This document shows positions 1 to 13,252 of a DNA stretch of 64,000 nt, one piece after another (the stretch's first letter is position 1; every line of letters starts with the position of its first letter). The position numbers and the translations under genes were made by a program. Source of the DNA: Eledone cirrhosa (lineage: Eukaryota); assembly GCA_964016885.1 (NCBI GenBank), contig OZ024746.1, forward strand, positions 24,118,001 to 24,182,000, in the 5' to 3' direction. The notes under the pieces were generated by a model. That model worked only from the letters and a program-made list of their open reading frames with translations, searched no databases and was not told the DNA's origin.

Positions 1-324
1 CATATATTACCATATATATATATATATACATACACATATATTACCATATATATATATATACATACACATATATTACCATATATATATATATATACATACA
101 CATATATTACCATATATATATATATACATACACATATATTACCATATATATATATAAACATATATTACCACATGTATATATATATACATACACATATATT
201 ACCGCATGTACATATACATACACATATTACCACATGTATATATACATACACATATAACTGCATGTACACATACATATATATTACCGTATGTACATATATA
301 CATACACATATATTACCACATGTA

Positions 325-365
<41 letters not shown>
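1..365. repeat. TA/CA-rich minisatellite (cacatatattaccatatata.. units)
   Basis: Directly visible repeated units; overlapping YIYI/HTHT ORFs are artefacts. Confidence 0.9.
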
Positions 366-369
366 CTTG

Positions 370-717
370 TATGTCAATGTGCACAAATGACCCAGCATGA
401 ATGTGTTGAGAGAGAAACTGTGTCTGAGAGGGATAGAATGTAGTGTGCGAGAGAGGAGACTGAGGTGGTATGGACATGTGATGCGCATGGAGGATGACCG
501 ATGGGTGAAGAAGTGTCAGGAAATGCCAGTTGAAGGAAGACGTGGTAGAGGTAGACCACGAAAAACATGGGTGGAGGTGGTGAGAACAGACCTCAGATCG
601 CTGAAGCTCACAGTGGAGATGACGAAGGACCGTGACAAGTGGAGAGATGCTATGCTGAATAAGACCCGTCCCACCCTTGCAAGCAGGGAAAAGCAGACGT
701 CAAATGATGATGATGAT
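370..717 (+). mobile_element. RTE-clade LINE 3' fragment
   Basis: ORF 397-789 contains RERRLRWYGHVMRMEDDRWVKKC..GRRGRGRPRKTW, typical of RTE/BovB-like C-termini, followed by a short 3' UTR and (GAT)n tail. Confidence 0.85.
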
Positions 718-846
718 ACACATGTAGCTGCATGTATACATGCACATACATTACTGCATGTATACATACACATAAAGGTATGTGTATAAATACACTTACA
801 ACTGCCTGTATTGATACACACATATATAGCTCTCGGTATACACCCA

Positions 847-906
<60 letters not shown>

Positions 907-2259
907 CACACACATACACACACCCACACCCATACACATATATATATATAGCTATCTGCATACACACACACACATATATATATAGCTATCTGCATACACA
1001 CACATATATATAGCTGCCCGAGTGCATACACATATATAGTTGCCTGCACACATATATATATATAGTTACCTGTATACATACACACATATATAGCTGCCTG
1101 CATATATACACACATAGAGCTGTCTGCATACATACATATACAGATATATTGTGGCCTGCATACATACATACACACATTTATAGTGGCCTGCATACATACA
1201 CTCATTTATATTGGCCTGCATACATACACACATACAGATATATGCCTATATACACACGCTGTCTGCATGCTTGTTGCTATGTTCCCCATCAAACCACATC
1301 CTTTCCTACAGACATGTAGCAACATGTATCAATAATTACAAAGCAGATATCCCCCTCCTAAGTGTATTTCCGTATGCTCAAGTATTGCAGCCAATACCCA
1401 TGTTATAAATATCATATCCAATCACAACTGCTTTATTATAAAACACTCAATATTTGCACTGAATCTAATGGCCACTGATTGTCTTCGTTGCTGGAATTGA
1501 CTTTGTTGGGCTTTTGCTCTCTTATTTCTCTTTAATTTATATATTTTTTGTTAATATTATATCATTATTTCTTCTTCAGTTTGTTTTTATTTTATACTGT
1601 GACGACATTTTCTTATCTTCTTCTCAATCATTAAATCATCTTTCATATTATATCTTTCTGTCCTCGTCAATATTTTCCCTCCATTTTCTAAAATGGCTAC
1701 CTATGAGAGTGACAGTCACAGAAAGACACAGAAAGATGGTGAAGAAAGGCACAGAAAGATGGTAAAATGAGAGAGAGGGAGAAAGAGAGAGAGAGAGAGC
1801 AGAGATGGCAGTATCTTCAACAATGACCTGAGTAAATAAATAAGATGAAAAGGTTTCCACCCCATCTCCACCAGAATTCAGAATATAATTGCTGCTACTT
1901 TGACAGATATGTCTGCCACACAGGGTTGGTGCTACCTTTATGGCCAACTAAGCAACCACTTAGAGCACACACTTCAGAGAGGTGCATTACTGAACCTTAA
2001 AGGATTACAGTTTTATATAATTTTATATTATCATATTATATATATATCAAGATATATATTTATCTATTGCTAAACATATTTTCTGTGTAGCAGCAGCATT
2101 GTGGAAATATCCAAAGTAGTGGAGAGGGTCATATCAATTGGTGTGGGCGAGTATGGACTGTGTAGTAGAAAATACAGGCATAAAATTTTCTTAGAGTAAA
2201 AAAGTAGGTTCAACAGCTTAACAAACCATTAATTAAAATTATTATATTTAGGAGAAAGG

Positions 2260-2443
2260 CAGCGGATTGGTAGTATCGGTAGAGGGTTGGATGCCATGCT
2301 ATGACGCATAGTGTTACGGCCCGTGCCATTCTGAGTTCAAATCCCGCCGAGGTTAACTTTGCCTTTCATCCTTACGGGGTCGATAAAATAAAGTACTAGT
2401 AATGCACTGGGTAATTGCTGGCCTTGTGCCGAAAGTAGAAACA
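2260..2443 (+). mobile_element. tRNA-derived SINE, family B (Nin-domain-like core), with 19-bp TSD
   Basis: Core GCCTTTCATCCTTACGGGGTCGATAAAATAAAGTAC; flanking direct repeat ATTATATTTAGGAGAAAGG at 2241-2259 and 2444-2462. Confidence 0.85.
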
Positions 2444-2900
2444 ATTATATTTAGGAGAAAGGGTCACATAATTGAAAGAAAAGTACAGGCCTAGAAATTT
2501 TCTTTGTGTCAAAAACTAGGTTCGCCAGCTTACCAAACCATAAGTTAAAATTATTAAATATAAGGGAATGGGACACATAATTGAAATATGAGGAGACATT
2601 GTAGAGCTGGCCTAGAGCCTTGTATACCCAGGTACCAGCTCTTCAGCCAACTATCTCAGGTTTAACAAGGAATTATTGACTGGGTGGGAGATTTTCAACA
2701 AATGCCAACCATATAAAACATATCATCGCAGATATTTAGATATTTTCAAGACATAAAATATTCATATTTGTTAAAAATTTACCTTGTTTCTATGTACATG
2801 TACACAGATATGTAAGTGTAGTGCATGATAATAATGGGAGGAGTCAAACGACATGCAAAAGTACCTGAAATCCAACCACAGCCGACTATTGGTATATTCT

Positions 2901-3330
2901 TCATTGACCATACTTAAATATGGAATGATACGCAATGGGGCTCCTCCGACCCACAGCCCTGGTGGAGCTCACACCAGCGCCTATGGAGGTGAGTAGGGAG
3001 GTAGCCCTAGGGCCGAGGACACCAGAAGTCTCCACTGCCAAGGGTACAACCGCAAACCTGTTGGAGTGCGACCGGTATTTGAGGAGTTTGGCCTCCTCAG
3101 TGCGACGTGCAGCAGAACCTGGGTTAGTCGCAGACTGCACCAGGTTGCAGCTGCAGAAAGTGTCGGTGCAAGTGGTATCCCAGATGAGGGGTTTGCACCG
3201 CGCAACGGGAATGGTCATGCTATCTGGCCTTTTGCCGTCCCCTCGGTCCAGCCCCACTGGCTCGAGCTGGGAAGGGAAGCCTGCAGCGTCCAAGCCATGC
3301 TTTATGACCTCGTTGAGGGCAGCATGTGGT
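2901..3330 (-). mobile_element. CRE-like non-LTR retrotransposon remnant, restriction-like endonuclease region
   Basis: Translation H..LNEVIKHGL..LEPVGLDRGDGKRPD..KPLIWDTTC..KY..VPLAVETSGVLGP fits the RPD..WD RLE C-terminus of CRE-clade elements. Confidence 0.75.
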
Positions 3331-4440
3331 ATTACATGACTACACCAGACTAAGTCTAGTATCACTTGATGTTACATAACTACACTAGAGTCTAGTATCA
3401 CTTGATATTACATAACTACACTAGAGTCTAGTATCACTTGATATTACATAACTACACCAGACTAAGTCTAGTATCACTTGATATTAAATAACTACACCAG
3501 ACTAAGTCTAGTATCACTTGATATTACATAACTACACCAGACTAAATCTAGTATCACTTGATATTACATAACTACACCAGACTAAGTCTAGTTTCACTTG
3601 ATATTACATAACTACACTAGAGTCAAGTTTCACTTGATATTAAATAACTACACCAGATTAAGTCTAGTATCACTTGATATTACATAACTACACCAGACTA
3701 AGTTTAGTTACATTTGATATTACATAACTACACCAGACTAAGTCTAGTTACACTTGATATTACATGACTACACCAGACTAAGTCTAGTATCACTTGATAT
3801 TACATAACTACACTAGAGTCTAGTATCACTTGATATTAAATAACTACACCAGACTAAGTCTAGTTTCACTTGATATTACATAACTACACTAGAGTCAAGT
3901 TTCACTTGATATTAAATAACTACACCAGACTAAGTCTAGTTACATTTGATATTACATAACTACACCAGACTAAGTCTAGTTACACTTGATATTACATAAC
4001 TACACCAGACTAAGTCTAGTATCACTTGATATTAAATAACTACACCAGACTAAGTCTAGTATCACTTGATATTACATAACTACACCAGACTAAATCTAGT
4101 ATCACTTGATATTACATAACTACACCAGACTAAGTCTAGTTTCACTTGATATTACATAACTACACTAGAGTCAAGTTTCACTTGATATTAAATAACTACA
4201 CCAGATTAAGTCTAGTATCACTTGATATTACATAACTACACCAGACTAAGTCTAGTTACACTTGATATTACATAACTACACCAGACTAAGTCTAGTTACG
4301 TGTGATCTAACATAATTACAACAGACTAAGTCTAGTCACAAGTCGTATTATATAACTACAACCACACTAAGTCTAGTCACACTTGATATTACATAACTAC
4401 AGCAGAGTAAGTCTAGCATCAATCAGTATTACATAACAAC
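3330..4440. repeat. 40-bp minisatellite with 34-36-bp variants
   Basis: Consensus TATTACATAACTACACCAGACTAAGTCTAGTATCACTTGA repeated in tandem, degenerating after ~4300. Confidence 0.95.
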
Positions 4441-4611
4441 ATCTTGACTAAATCTCAAGAGAATTAAGGTAATTAACACTAAGACCTAAAATGATGTATT
4501 TGAATACAAACACATTTCTCACAGCTTCATTTAAAGTATGTACTGTCTGTGTACATATATGGATTTACAGTATATTTCAGTTGTTTAGTGTGCAATTTAG
4601 TATCAGTATGT

Positions 4612-4928
4612 ATCATTTTTACGTCCGCTTTTCCCTGCTTGCAAGGGTGAGACGGGAACTGATTCTGGCTTGATTTCTACAGCTGGATGCCCTTCCTAAC
4701 ACCAACCTCATTTACAGTGAGTGCTGGGTGCTTTTTTGCCGTGGCACCTGCACGACCACTTTGCAGTGGAATGATAGGGACTGGGGTCCCTATCATCTCA
4801 TTTTTACAGCTGAGTAAACTGGAGCAATGTGAAATAAAGTGTCTTGCTCAAGGAAACACATCACCCGGTCTGAGAATTGAACTCACAATCATTCGATTGC
4901 AAGGCCAATGCTCTAACCACTAAGCCAT
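4612..4928 (-). mobile_element. tRNA-derived SINE, family A (CORE-like domain, RTE-type 3' tail)
   Basis: Reverse complement of the copy at 40816-41162; tRNA-like A/B boxes, CTTGAGCAAGACACTTT core. Confidence 0.85.
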
Positions 4929-4937
4929 ATATATATA

Positions 4938-5385
4938 CAATGATATTAAATAAATGGAAACTATATTTATAAAACCATATTTATTCTATTATATATATTT
5001 CAAGGGTACCAAAACTTTGGTATGCTCTCATCAGATAAAATGCAAAGTTTGTTTTATATATATTGACATAACCAGGAAAGAATAACTTAACGGTTCAAGT
5101 TTTTTCTGGATAGTCTATCCAGGAAAAACTTGAACCTTTAAGTTATTCTTTCCTGGTTATGTCAATATTTATAAAACAAACTTTTTATTTTATCTGATGA
5201 GAGCATATCAAAGTTTTGGTACCCTTGAAATATATATAATAGAATAAATATGGTTTTATAAATATACTTTCCATTTATTTAATATCATTGAATATTATAC
5301 TCCAGAAAACCTGTCAAGTGTTTTGAATCAGTTATAAACATTTATATTTGATGAATTACCAACAAATTGAATATCCCTTTTGCTT
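4938..5385. mobile_element. Palindromic hammerhead element (Penelope pLTR-like): 176-bp arms plus ~95-bp right extension
   Basis: Inverted repeat 4938-5290 centred on 5114 with ~7 mismatches, flanked by (TA)n. Confidence 0.8.
5184..5248 (+). ncRNA. Minimal type I hammerhead ribozyme (mirror copy on minus strand 4980-5044)
   Basis: Stem I TTTATTTTAT/ATAGAATAAA, CTGATGA 5194-5200, partly mutated stem II, GAAA 5227-5230, palindromic stem III TATATA, AUA cleavage triplet. Confidence 0.7.
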
Positions 5386-5684
5386 ATATATACATATATA
5401 TATATATGCGTTTTTGTTTGTGTGTGTGATGATGATATATTATGTGTCCATACACAGAACAAAGGCGCTACCTAAGGTTTCAAGAGCCAATTTTTCACTT
5501 CTTCTTTTCGGGTTATAGCTACTGTCGCTCAGAGAGTGGGATTGGCTCAGTGCACAGTCTTTCCTCACTTTAAAAAATATCTTCACGCACAGGCATTGCA
5601 TGATAGAATAAATTAATAATTATTAATAATGGTATATCGTGCAATGGCCATACTCAATAACAAGGAGGCAGCCATCATATATAT

Positions 5685-5729
<45 letters not shown>

Positions 5730-6962
5730 TATATACATACACACACAACACATTTCATTTCTTTTCCACCTACCACTTTCACCCATAAATCACTGTCTAA
5801 CATGAAGCTATAGTGGAAGTCATTTGCTCTAGGTGCCACTCGGTGGGATTGAAACCCCTAAATGACAGGGTTTCAAAGTGATCCTCTTAACCACACAGCC
5901 TTGACTACAGCTATAACAAGAGAAAGAAAAAAATTGGTATGAGAAATTTGACGAATTTTGCCAAAGGTACTATGTAGTGTGAGTGAACCAGAAACCATGT
6001 GGTTGTGTAGTGAACTCCTTAACCACACAAGAACAATGTGCAAGTAAATGGAGAGGAAAAGCAGCGTAATTAATTTTAAATCTTTTGCCTAAGGTGACAT
6101 GAAGCAGAGTAAACCCCAACGAAACCATGTGGTTGTGAAGTGAACTCCTTAACCACGCCTTTACTGTGTGTATGAAGGCTAGAAACAAGATGAAATGTAG
6201 CAACAGGAAGGAAGAGCTCTAGGACACAAAATATTTGATGGTATGAGTCGGTGGTGGGAGGAAATCTTTAGGAAAAAAAATGTAAATAGACAAATAATTA
6301 TATATATAAGAAAATAACCCAAAATGATGAAATAAAATAACTGAAAATCAATAGAAAGCAGGTGAGATGAAAGGAAAACAGGCTGAATAGATGATAAAAG
6401 ATGAACAAGGAGCAATTGATAGCAAACAATGAGTGTTAGGAAATGTAAAATTTTGGAAATAATAAAATACGTGTTGCTTAGCAACCCTACTGCTACACTT
6501 GGTTCCACAAATATTGATTGGAACAAAAAGAAGAAAATGAAACATGCAGAAGTATAAGCAGTAGCTTTAGCTTATTGGAATAAAGGTAATTTCCTACACA
6601 TACATAACGTATGCGTGTGTGCATGTGTGTGTATATACACATATATTTATATATATACACACACATATATACATACACACACATATATATTATCATCAGT
6701 GTTTAACATCGATTTTCCATGCTTGCATGGGTTAGATGGGTTGTCACATTATGAGGCTAGACAGGTCAGCTGACCATGTCTTTTGCTCATACAATCTGTT
6801 GTTTTTAGTTTGGTTTTCTATGGCTTGATGCCTTTCCTAACAGCAACCAACTTACAGGATGGACTGTGTTGTATTTGTAGTATTACCAGAATGACCAACT
6901 GATATATATAAGTATATGTGTGTACACATATATACACATACAGACACAAGTATAGACATACT

Positions 6963-7174
6963 TATGAGGGGGGGGGGGTCCAACCATTACCAGTTTTGCT
7001 CAATGAAAGAGTTAAGAAAAATCATTTAGTCAGAGCATAATACAATTATGTGAGAAAAGTAAACAAGATTAAAAAAATTTACCAATTTACTCTGATGTCC
7101 CGATTATGCTGACTAAATGATTTTTTTATTAATTCCTTCATTGAGCAAAACTGGTAATGGTTGAACTCCATCAT
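6963..7174. mobile_element. MITE with ~70-bp TIRs (Tc1/mariner-like ends)
   Basis: CAACCATTACCAGTTTTGCTCAATGAA..AAATCATTTAGTCAG inverted at the other end; termini TATGAGGG..TCATA. Confidence 0.75.
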
Positions 7175-7189
7175 ATGTATGCCTATACT

Positions 7190-7223
<34 letters not shown>

Positions 7224-7577
7224 CGTGTGCGTGCGTGTGTATATAGCCAGAATCAGTTCCCATATGAGCAAGCCAAGGTCAGCCGACCGGACACTGCCCA
7301 CAACAGGACAACCCGTTTAACCCATGCTAGCGTGGAAGAACGGACGTAAAACGGTGATGATGATGATGATGATGATGATATATATATATATATATCTGTT
7401 AATTGGTCCCTTGTGGTTCAGTAAAAAACATGACTGAAACAGGCTGCTTTTTCTAGCAGCCCCATTACTTGCCTTTGTCCATCTACCAACACCCTTCTTT
7501 TGACCATAAATCATGTGATAATTCTCCCATTCGAATTTATCACTGGTAGCAGATAACTCAGAGAATTGATTGAAAAG

Positions 7578-7670
7578 TTCTCTGATGAGCTGAGATTTCT
7601 CACAGTGGAGAATATCCTAACTTATTGGAATATTCAAAACTGCAATTACTCAGCGAAACTGCAGTCAGGA
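7578..7670 (+). ncRNA. Type I hammerhead ribozyme with enlarged stem II loop
   Basis: TTCT-CTGATGA(7582-7588)-GCTGAG..54 nt..CTCAGC-GAAA(7655-7658)-CTGCAG-TC^AGGA; canonical GUC site, palindromic stem III, short stem I. Confidence 0.75.
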
Positions 7671-7920
7671 AGTCGTAGTAAAATGGTAAATCCGTTTACT
7701 TTTCCCACATATAATTATATGTGTGTGTGTGTGTGTGCGCGCGTGTGTATAGAACAATGAAAACAAAACAAAAGTCAGAGAGGAGTAGTTAATAAGTTCG
7801 TTGTTATATGATAGTTTCAGAGAGTTGATTGATCGTGGGAGATCTATATATCAACTAGCATGGTAGAGGTTACGTTGCTACCTATTTCTAGTCTCGAAAT
7901 TCTGTGTAAATATATATATA

Positions 7921-8003
<83 letters not shown>

Positions 8004-8009
8004 CAAATA

Positions 8010-8141
8010 AATTATCGAGAATCGGAATCTCGGCCCACAAAATAACGAAACACAATCTTCGAAATGCGTGGCAGAGGGCTCAATAGTTTGGATAAACCAG
8101 AGCTATAACTAATGTTTAAATACCAACACACAGAGACAAAG

Positions 8142-8142
<1 letters not shown>
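8010..8142 (+). repeat. Dispersed repeat in (TA)n, homologous to 35770-35905 (opposite strand)
   Basis: Shared GCAGAGGGCTCAATA.TTTGGATAAA.CAGAGCTATAACTA..AAATACCAACAC.CAGAGA. Confidence 0.75.
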
Positions 8143-8175
<33 letters not shown>

Positions 8176-8589
8176 GTCTGTATGTGTATGTTTCGTGCAC
8201 CATATATACTTGTTTGCAATGTTAGCATATATTTTGATTAAATATTTCTTAGATGACCATAATGATGGTGCATTGTTTAGTAGTTAGGGTTCTGGGATTA
8301 TGATAATAATGTCATGGGTTCGATTCCAAGACTGGGTAGTACAAGATTGGCAGTATCAGTTGAGTTTCAGACACAATGCTTTACAACATAGAGTTACATT
8401 TATGTTCTGAGTTAAAATCCCACTGAGTTTACCTTTGCCTTTCATCCTTATGGGGTAGATAAAATAAAGTACCAGTATATTTAACAATGATCCAAAACCC
8501 AATAGTTTATGGAGTACATGTATGCTGTTATTATTGTAAATGTTTAGCCCAAGGTCAGCCTTCATTCAGCAGTCATATAATCAAAGGTT

Positions 8590-8788
8590 TGAGGGTCTTC
8601 TGAGAAGTTCATAGACTGACCAAGATACTCTCATGGAATGACCAAATGAGATTTATTTTTCAACATCGTTCCTGGAAAGAAACAATGCAGTTATTAATAA
8701 GAGGAGTTGAAATTAATGTATGCAAGATTTCACAGCTCTAACATCACTCCTTCCTAGTCAGCTTATGAACTTCTCAGCCTACCTTCAT
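8590..8788. mobile_element. Mariner-like MITE
   Basis: Terminal inverted repeats CTGAGAAGTTCATAGACTGAC / GTCAGCTTATGAACTTCTCAG. Confidence 0.65.
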
Positions 8789-9259
8789 ATCCTGGCAGTG
8801 GCCATCCCATCTATTTTCAGACATACTGTAATCACTTTAAAAAAAAAAAAATTGTAGGGTTGAATTTGATAGATATCTGGTTTCTACTTCTAGTAGTTTG
8901 AGAGACTATGTAGAGGTTCACTGTGTGCATTTAAAATATATATGCATGCATATGAAAACAGCACAGTTCCCATGACTTTCAGAAACATTTTTTCATGCTC
9001 AGAGTTGCTGAAGCATGGAACAAACTACCTGCATCTGTTGTTAGCTGTCGAGACACTGCATCCTTTAAAACCTCCATGCTTCCCGAGATTCGCCAACACT
9101 ACACCTAATGTTCCCCCTCCATACACATACACACATGTATATCATGACTCATACACTATTTACTTCCCTGACATTTGTATATTATTCTATGTACTATACA
9201 TGCACCTTTGACGAGTTGTAGTGCACCTGAGCACTTTACACAATAAATTCATTATTATT

Positions 9260-9870
9260 ATATACACACACATACACCAACAAAGACACACAAACACATA
9301 CACAAAACACATGCATCACACACATACACCAACAAGCACACAGACATATACACACATACATACACAAAACACATGCACCACACACATAGCAACACAGACA
9401 AATACATATAGAAACACAGACAAACAAACAACCAGAATCACTCTCTCAATCATCCTACAATAACAAGCACAGGCACACACAAAATACAGACAAACAAACA
9501 CACACATATACTCAAAACACAAACCAACTGACACATACACAAAACACAAAGAAACCAACACACACACACACATACAAATAAACTAAACACATATACATCC
9601 ACACACTAACAAACGCACACATACATATACAAAACACAAATAAACCAACACACACACATACATAAATACACAAACAAACCAACACACACACACATGTACA
9701 TACAAATAAATGAACTATCATAAACACAAGCACAAACACACACACAGACATAAACACACAAACAAACATATACATACACACACAAACAAACATATACATA
9801 CACACACAAACAAACATATACATACACACACAAACAAACACAACATATACACAAAATATGCACAAAGCAC
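9260..9870. repeat. Degenerate CA/AC-rich simple repeat
   Basis: Directly visible low-complexity tract. Confidence 0.9.
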
Positions 9871-10219
9871 CAACAGATCAAAAGAAAATATTTTTGAAAA
9901 TCTTTTAAACTTTTTCTAAAATGTTTATTTTTGTTGAAATTAAATAACTGATTATATTCAAATTACACCCCCAACAAAAATACTGAATAAATAAAATTCA
10001 ATTAAAATAGATTTAATTAAATTAATGTTTATTCAGAACCAAAGTTTAATAATTAACGCTTCTGGCATGATCAGCTAATTATTCTAGTGGTTAAAGTGCT
10101 GAGCTCACAATCATAAGGTAGTGAGTTCTATTTCTGGATTAGATGGTGGTGTGTTGTGACCTTGAGCAAGACACTTTATTTCTCATTGATCCAGTCCATT
10201 CAGCTAGAAAATATGATTT

Positions 10220-11110
10220 GCAATGACACTGGTGCCAAACTGTATCAGCTTTTGCTTTTCCCTTGGATAACATTGTATATAGTGTATATAGAGTATATAA
10301 CATCATATATAGTGTTCAAACAGTGTATAAAGTCTATATATAAGTTATGATGACACTGGTGCCTTTGATTTTGCCTTGGACAACATTGTATATAGTATAT
10401 ATAGTATACATATGAGTTGAGATGACACTGATGTTAAGCTGTATCAGCCTTTGCCTTTTCTGCAGACAACATCACAGTGAATATACAGTCTATATATAGG
10501 TTCCAATGACACTAGTGCCAAGTTTTATCAGTCTTTGGATAACATCATATATACTGTGTGCATGGAAAGAAATTCCCCAACCATGCTGCAAGAAGATGTT
10601 TGGCCTACTGTGACCACTTTAGACAATATCAATGACCACATATTCCTGCAAGATGGAGCCCCTCCTCATTTTTCATGGACTCTTTGTGAGTAGCTTGATG
10701 TCCAATGTCTTGGATGTTGGATTGCTTGTCAAGGTCCACATGAATGGTTAGCAAGAAGCCCTGACTTTAACACCCTGTGATTCTTTCCTGCAGGGGTGGG
10801 TGAAGGAAGAAGTTTATAGCTCAAAACCAAAAACTCTGACTTAATTGGAGGATATACACAGACGATTACAAACGCTGGTGTACAGCACAGGTGCCTATGT
10901 AGAATTTTAACACTGTACTGTACTTCCACCATTATACTGTTCAAAATAAACATGTTTTACGAAAACCCACCAATAATTAATAAAGTTATTAACAATTTTA
11001 AATAGGGAGTTTCTTTCCACCTACTCTATAGTCTATATATAGCGTATATATGTTGCAATGACACTGCTACAAAACTGCATCAGCCATTCTCTTTCCTATG
11101 AACAACAATA
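10220..11110. repeat. Degenerate tandem repeat (GACACTGGTGCC..GGATAACAT..) interrupted by a DNA transposon
   Basis: Units recur at ~10225, 10350, 10423, 10507 and resume at ~11058. Confidence 0.6.
10554..11028 (+). mobile_element. Internally deleted Tc1/mariner DD41D (rosa/Visitor-type) transposon
   Basis: 10583-10910 reads FLQDGAPPHF..EWLARSPD(fs)LTPCD..WVKEEVY..GAYVEF* with 41 residues between the 2nd and 3rd D; TIR cores TGGAAAGAAATTCCC / GGGAGTTTCTTTCCA; TA flanks. Confidence 0.8.
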
Positions 11111-11727
11111 GTGATATGGAAAAAGAAGATATGTATGCATGGGGAACAGCTGGTCTTCTGAAAAACAGCTTGCTTAGGTTTGTGATTCAAATAGATAAAA
11201 CCTTAGTCACATAATCATGACTGCAAAACCAATAACCAGTCATATCCAGGGATGGGTGGGGGTGGGGGATTTCCTTTCTAACATCCTAGTGCTACCAGCT
11301 GCCAGCTGTTTTCTCAATAGTGCCAGCTTTAATTTCTATTATTCTTCCTAAATTAAAGATTGCAAGGATTCTTTGCTGTTTCAAACACACACATACACAC
11401 ATCCATAAAAACGCACACGCATACACATGCACAGAAACATCCACATATGCACACGCACATACATAAATAGTAATCACACATATGCACATACATAAACAGT
11501 AATCACACACATATTCAATGCATACTGGAAAGACATGTCAACTTGCAACTTAGGAAGTTGAGTCTCACAGATGACTTAATAAATCATTGATATGTAGCAC
11601 TAGAGACAGTGTGTTTCTGTGTGTGTTTACATTTACTATGTATGTTCTCTAACTTAGCAGTTCGACGAGCGAGATTGATAAAATAAGTACTATATTTGAA
11701 GGTGGGGAGGGGGTGGAGGTTTCATAA

Positions 11728-11761
<34 letters not shown>

Positions 11762-11869
11762 TTTATGTGAAAACGTGTTGAAACATATATTGTTATACTT
11801 TGGGAGAGTCATGCTGCCAATAAAAAACACTGGAACATGTGTTTTTATTGGCTGTATGACCCTCCCAGA

Positions 11870-12822
11870 ATATAACAATATAGATTTGGTCCTTATAGCC
11901 GAATCTACAAAAAAACTAGAAAATAAGTTGAGAGCATGGAAACAGAATTTGTAATCAAAAGGTCTGAGAGCAAAATTAGCAAAAACTAAAGTGCTAGTCA
12001 GTAGGAAAGAAGATAGGACCCTGATCCCTCCAGGGAAATAGCCCTCCTCCATATGTAGAAAAGGAGTAGGCATAAACACCATATGGTGTACACAGTGTAA
12101 ATATTGGGTACACAAGAGATGTAATGGCATAATGGGTAGACAAACAGGAAAGGAAGACTTTGTACAAAAAGGATGCACAGGAGTAATCAAAGGGAAGAGT
12201 GACAATGATATAAACCTCTTCAAGTCACAGGAAGGATCCATGGAAGTGATTGATAGCTTCTGCTATCAAGGTGACTAAATTAGCACCAGGGGAGGGTGCT
12301 CTGAGAGCATAATAGCTTGAATAAGGATAGGATGGAAGAAGATAGAGAGCTACTCCCACTGTTGATTACAAAAGTTTTCTCCCTACATACAAAAGGATGA
12401 TTCTATGATGCCTGTGTGTGAAGTGCAATGTTGCATGGTAGTGAAACATGGGCTGTGGCTACAGAAAACATACATAGACTGGAGAGAAATGAAGCAGCTA
12501 TGTAAATGTGAGAAAAAAGCAGAGGGAGAAACTGGGTTTAAGAGGGATCCGAGGTGGTGTGCAGGAGAGAAGACTGCATTAGTACAGACATGAGATGTGC
12601 ATGGATGATGATTGATGGGTGAAGAGGTGCCAAGAAAGGCCAGTGGAAGGAAGCCGCAGTAGAGGTAGATCGAGAAAGACCTGGGCAGAGGTTGTGAGGG
12701 CTGACCTAAAATCGCTTAGACTCAGAGGAGATGACGAAGAAATGCAGCGAGTAGTGAGATGCTGTGCTGAGAACAACCCATCCAACCCATGCATGTGTGG
12801 AAAAACATGTAATAATGACGAT
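11870..12822 (+). mobile_element. Degraded RTE LINE (RT C-terminal part to 3' end)
   Basis: Remnants such as LHGSETWAV and VEGSRSRGRSRKTWAEVVRADL, similar to 370-717; many stops and frameshifts. Confidence 0.7.
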
Positions 12823-12959
12823 ATATATATATATAAACATAAATCTCAAAGACTAGCTTTCTTCTACAAGGGCCACAAAATACCCTAAACCTCAGCTGTG
12901 TCACTATGTGCAAGGGAGATAACTGCATAATCATGGACATGATTGGTGGCCATGGCACC

Positions 12960-13219
12960 AGCAGTACCACCACCACCACCACCACTATCATCATCACCAT
13001 GAATCCACCACCACCCCACCACCACCACCATAGTGCTGTATGCTGACAGCCTAGGAAGACAGAAATTGCAGGAATAACATATGAAGAAGATATGACAAGG
13101 TCAGATTTCAGGAAGTTAATTCTCATAGTTGAGTTGACATAATAATGATGATGACAATAATGACAACAATAATGATGATGATGATGACACCAATGATAAT
13201 GATGATGATGATGATGACA

Positions 13220-13252
<33 letters not shown>

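Noticed and set aside
165-1205. YI/CV/HT-rich ORFs here and throughout the window
   Set aside because: Translations of microsatellites.
2600-2660. Minus-strand CTGAAGA followed by a GCTGG/CCAGC stem
   Set aside because: No GAAA follows the stem, so it is not a hammerhead.
3330-4440. CRISPR-like array
   Set aside because: Units are contiguous with no unique spacers, there are no cas genes, and the context is eukaryotic.
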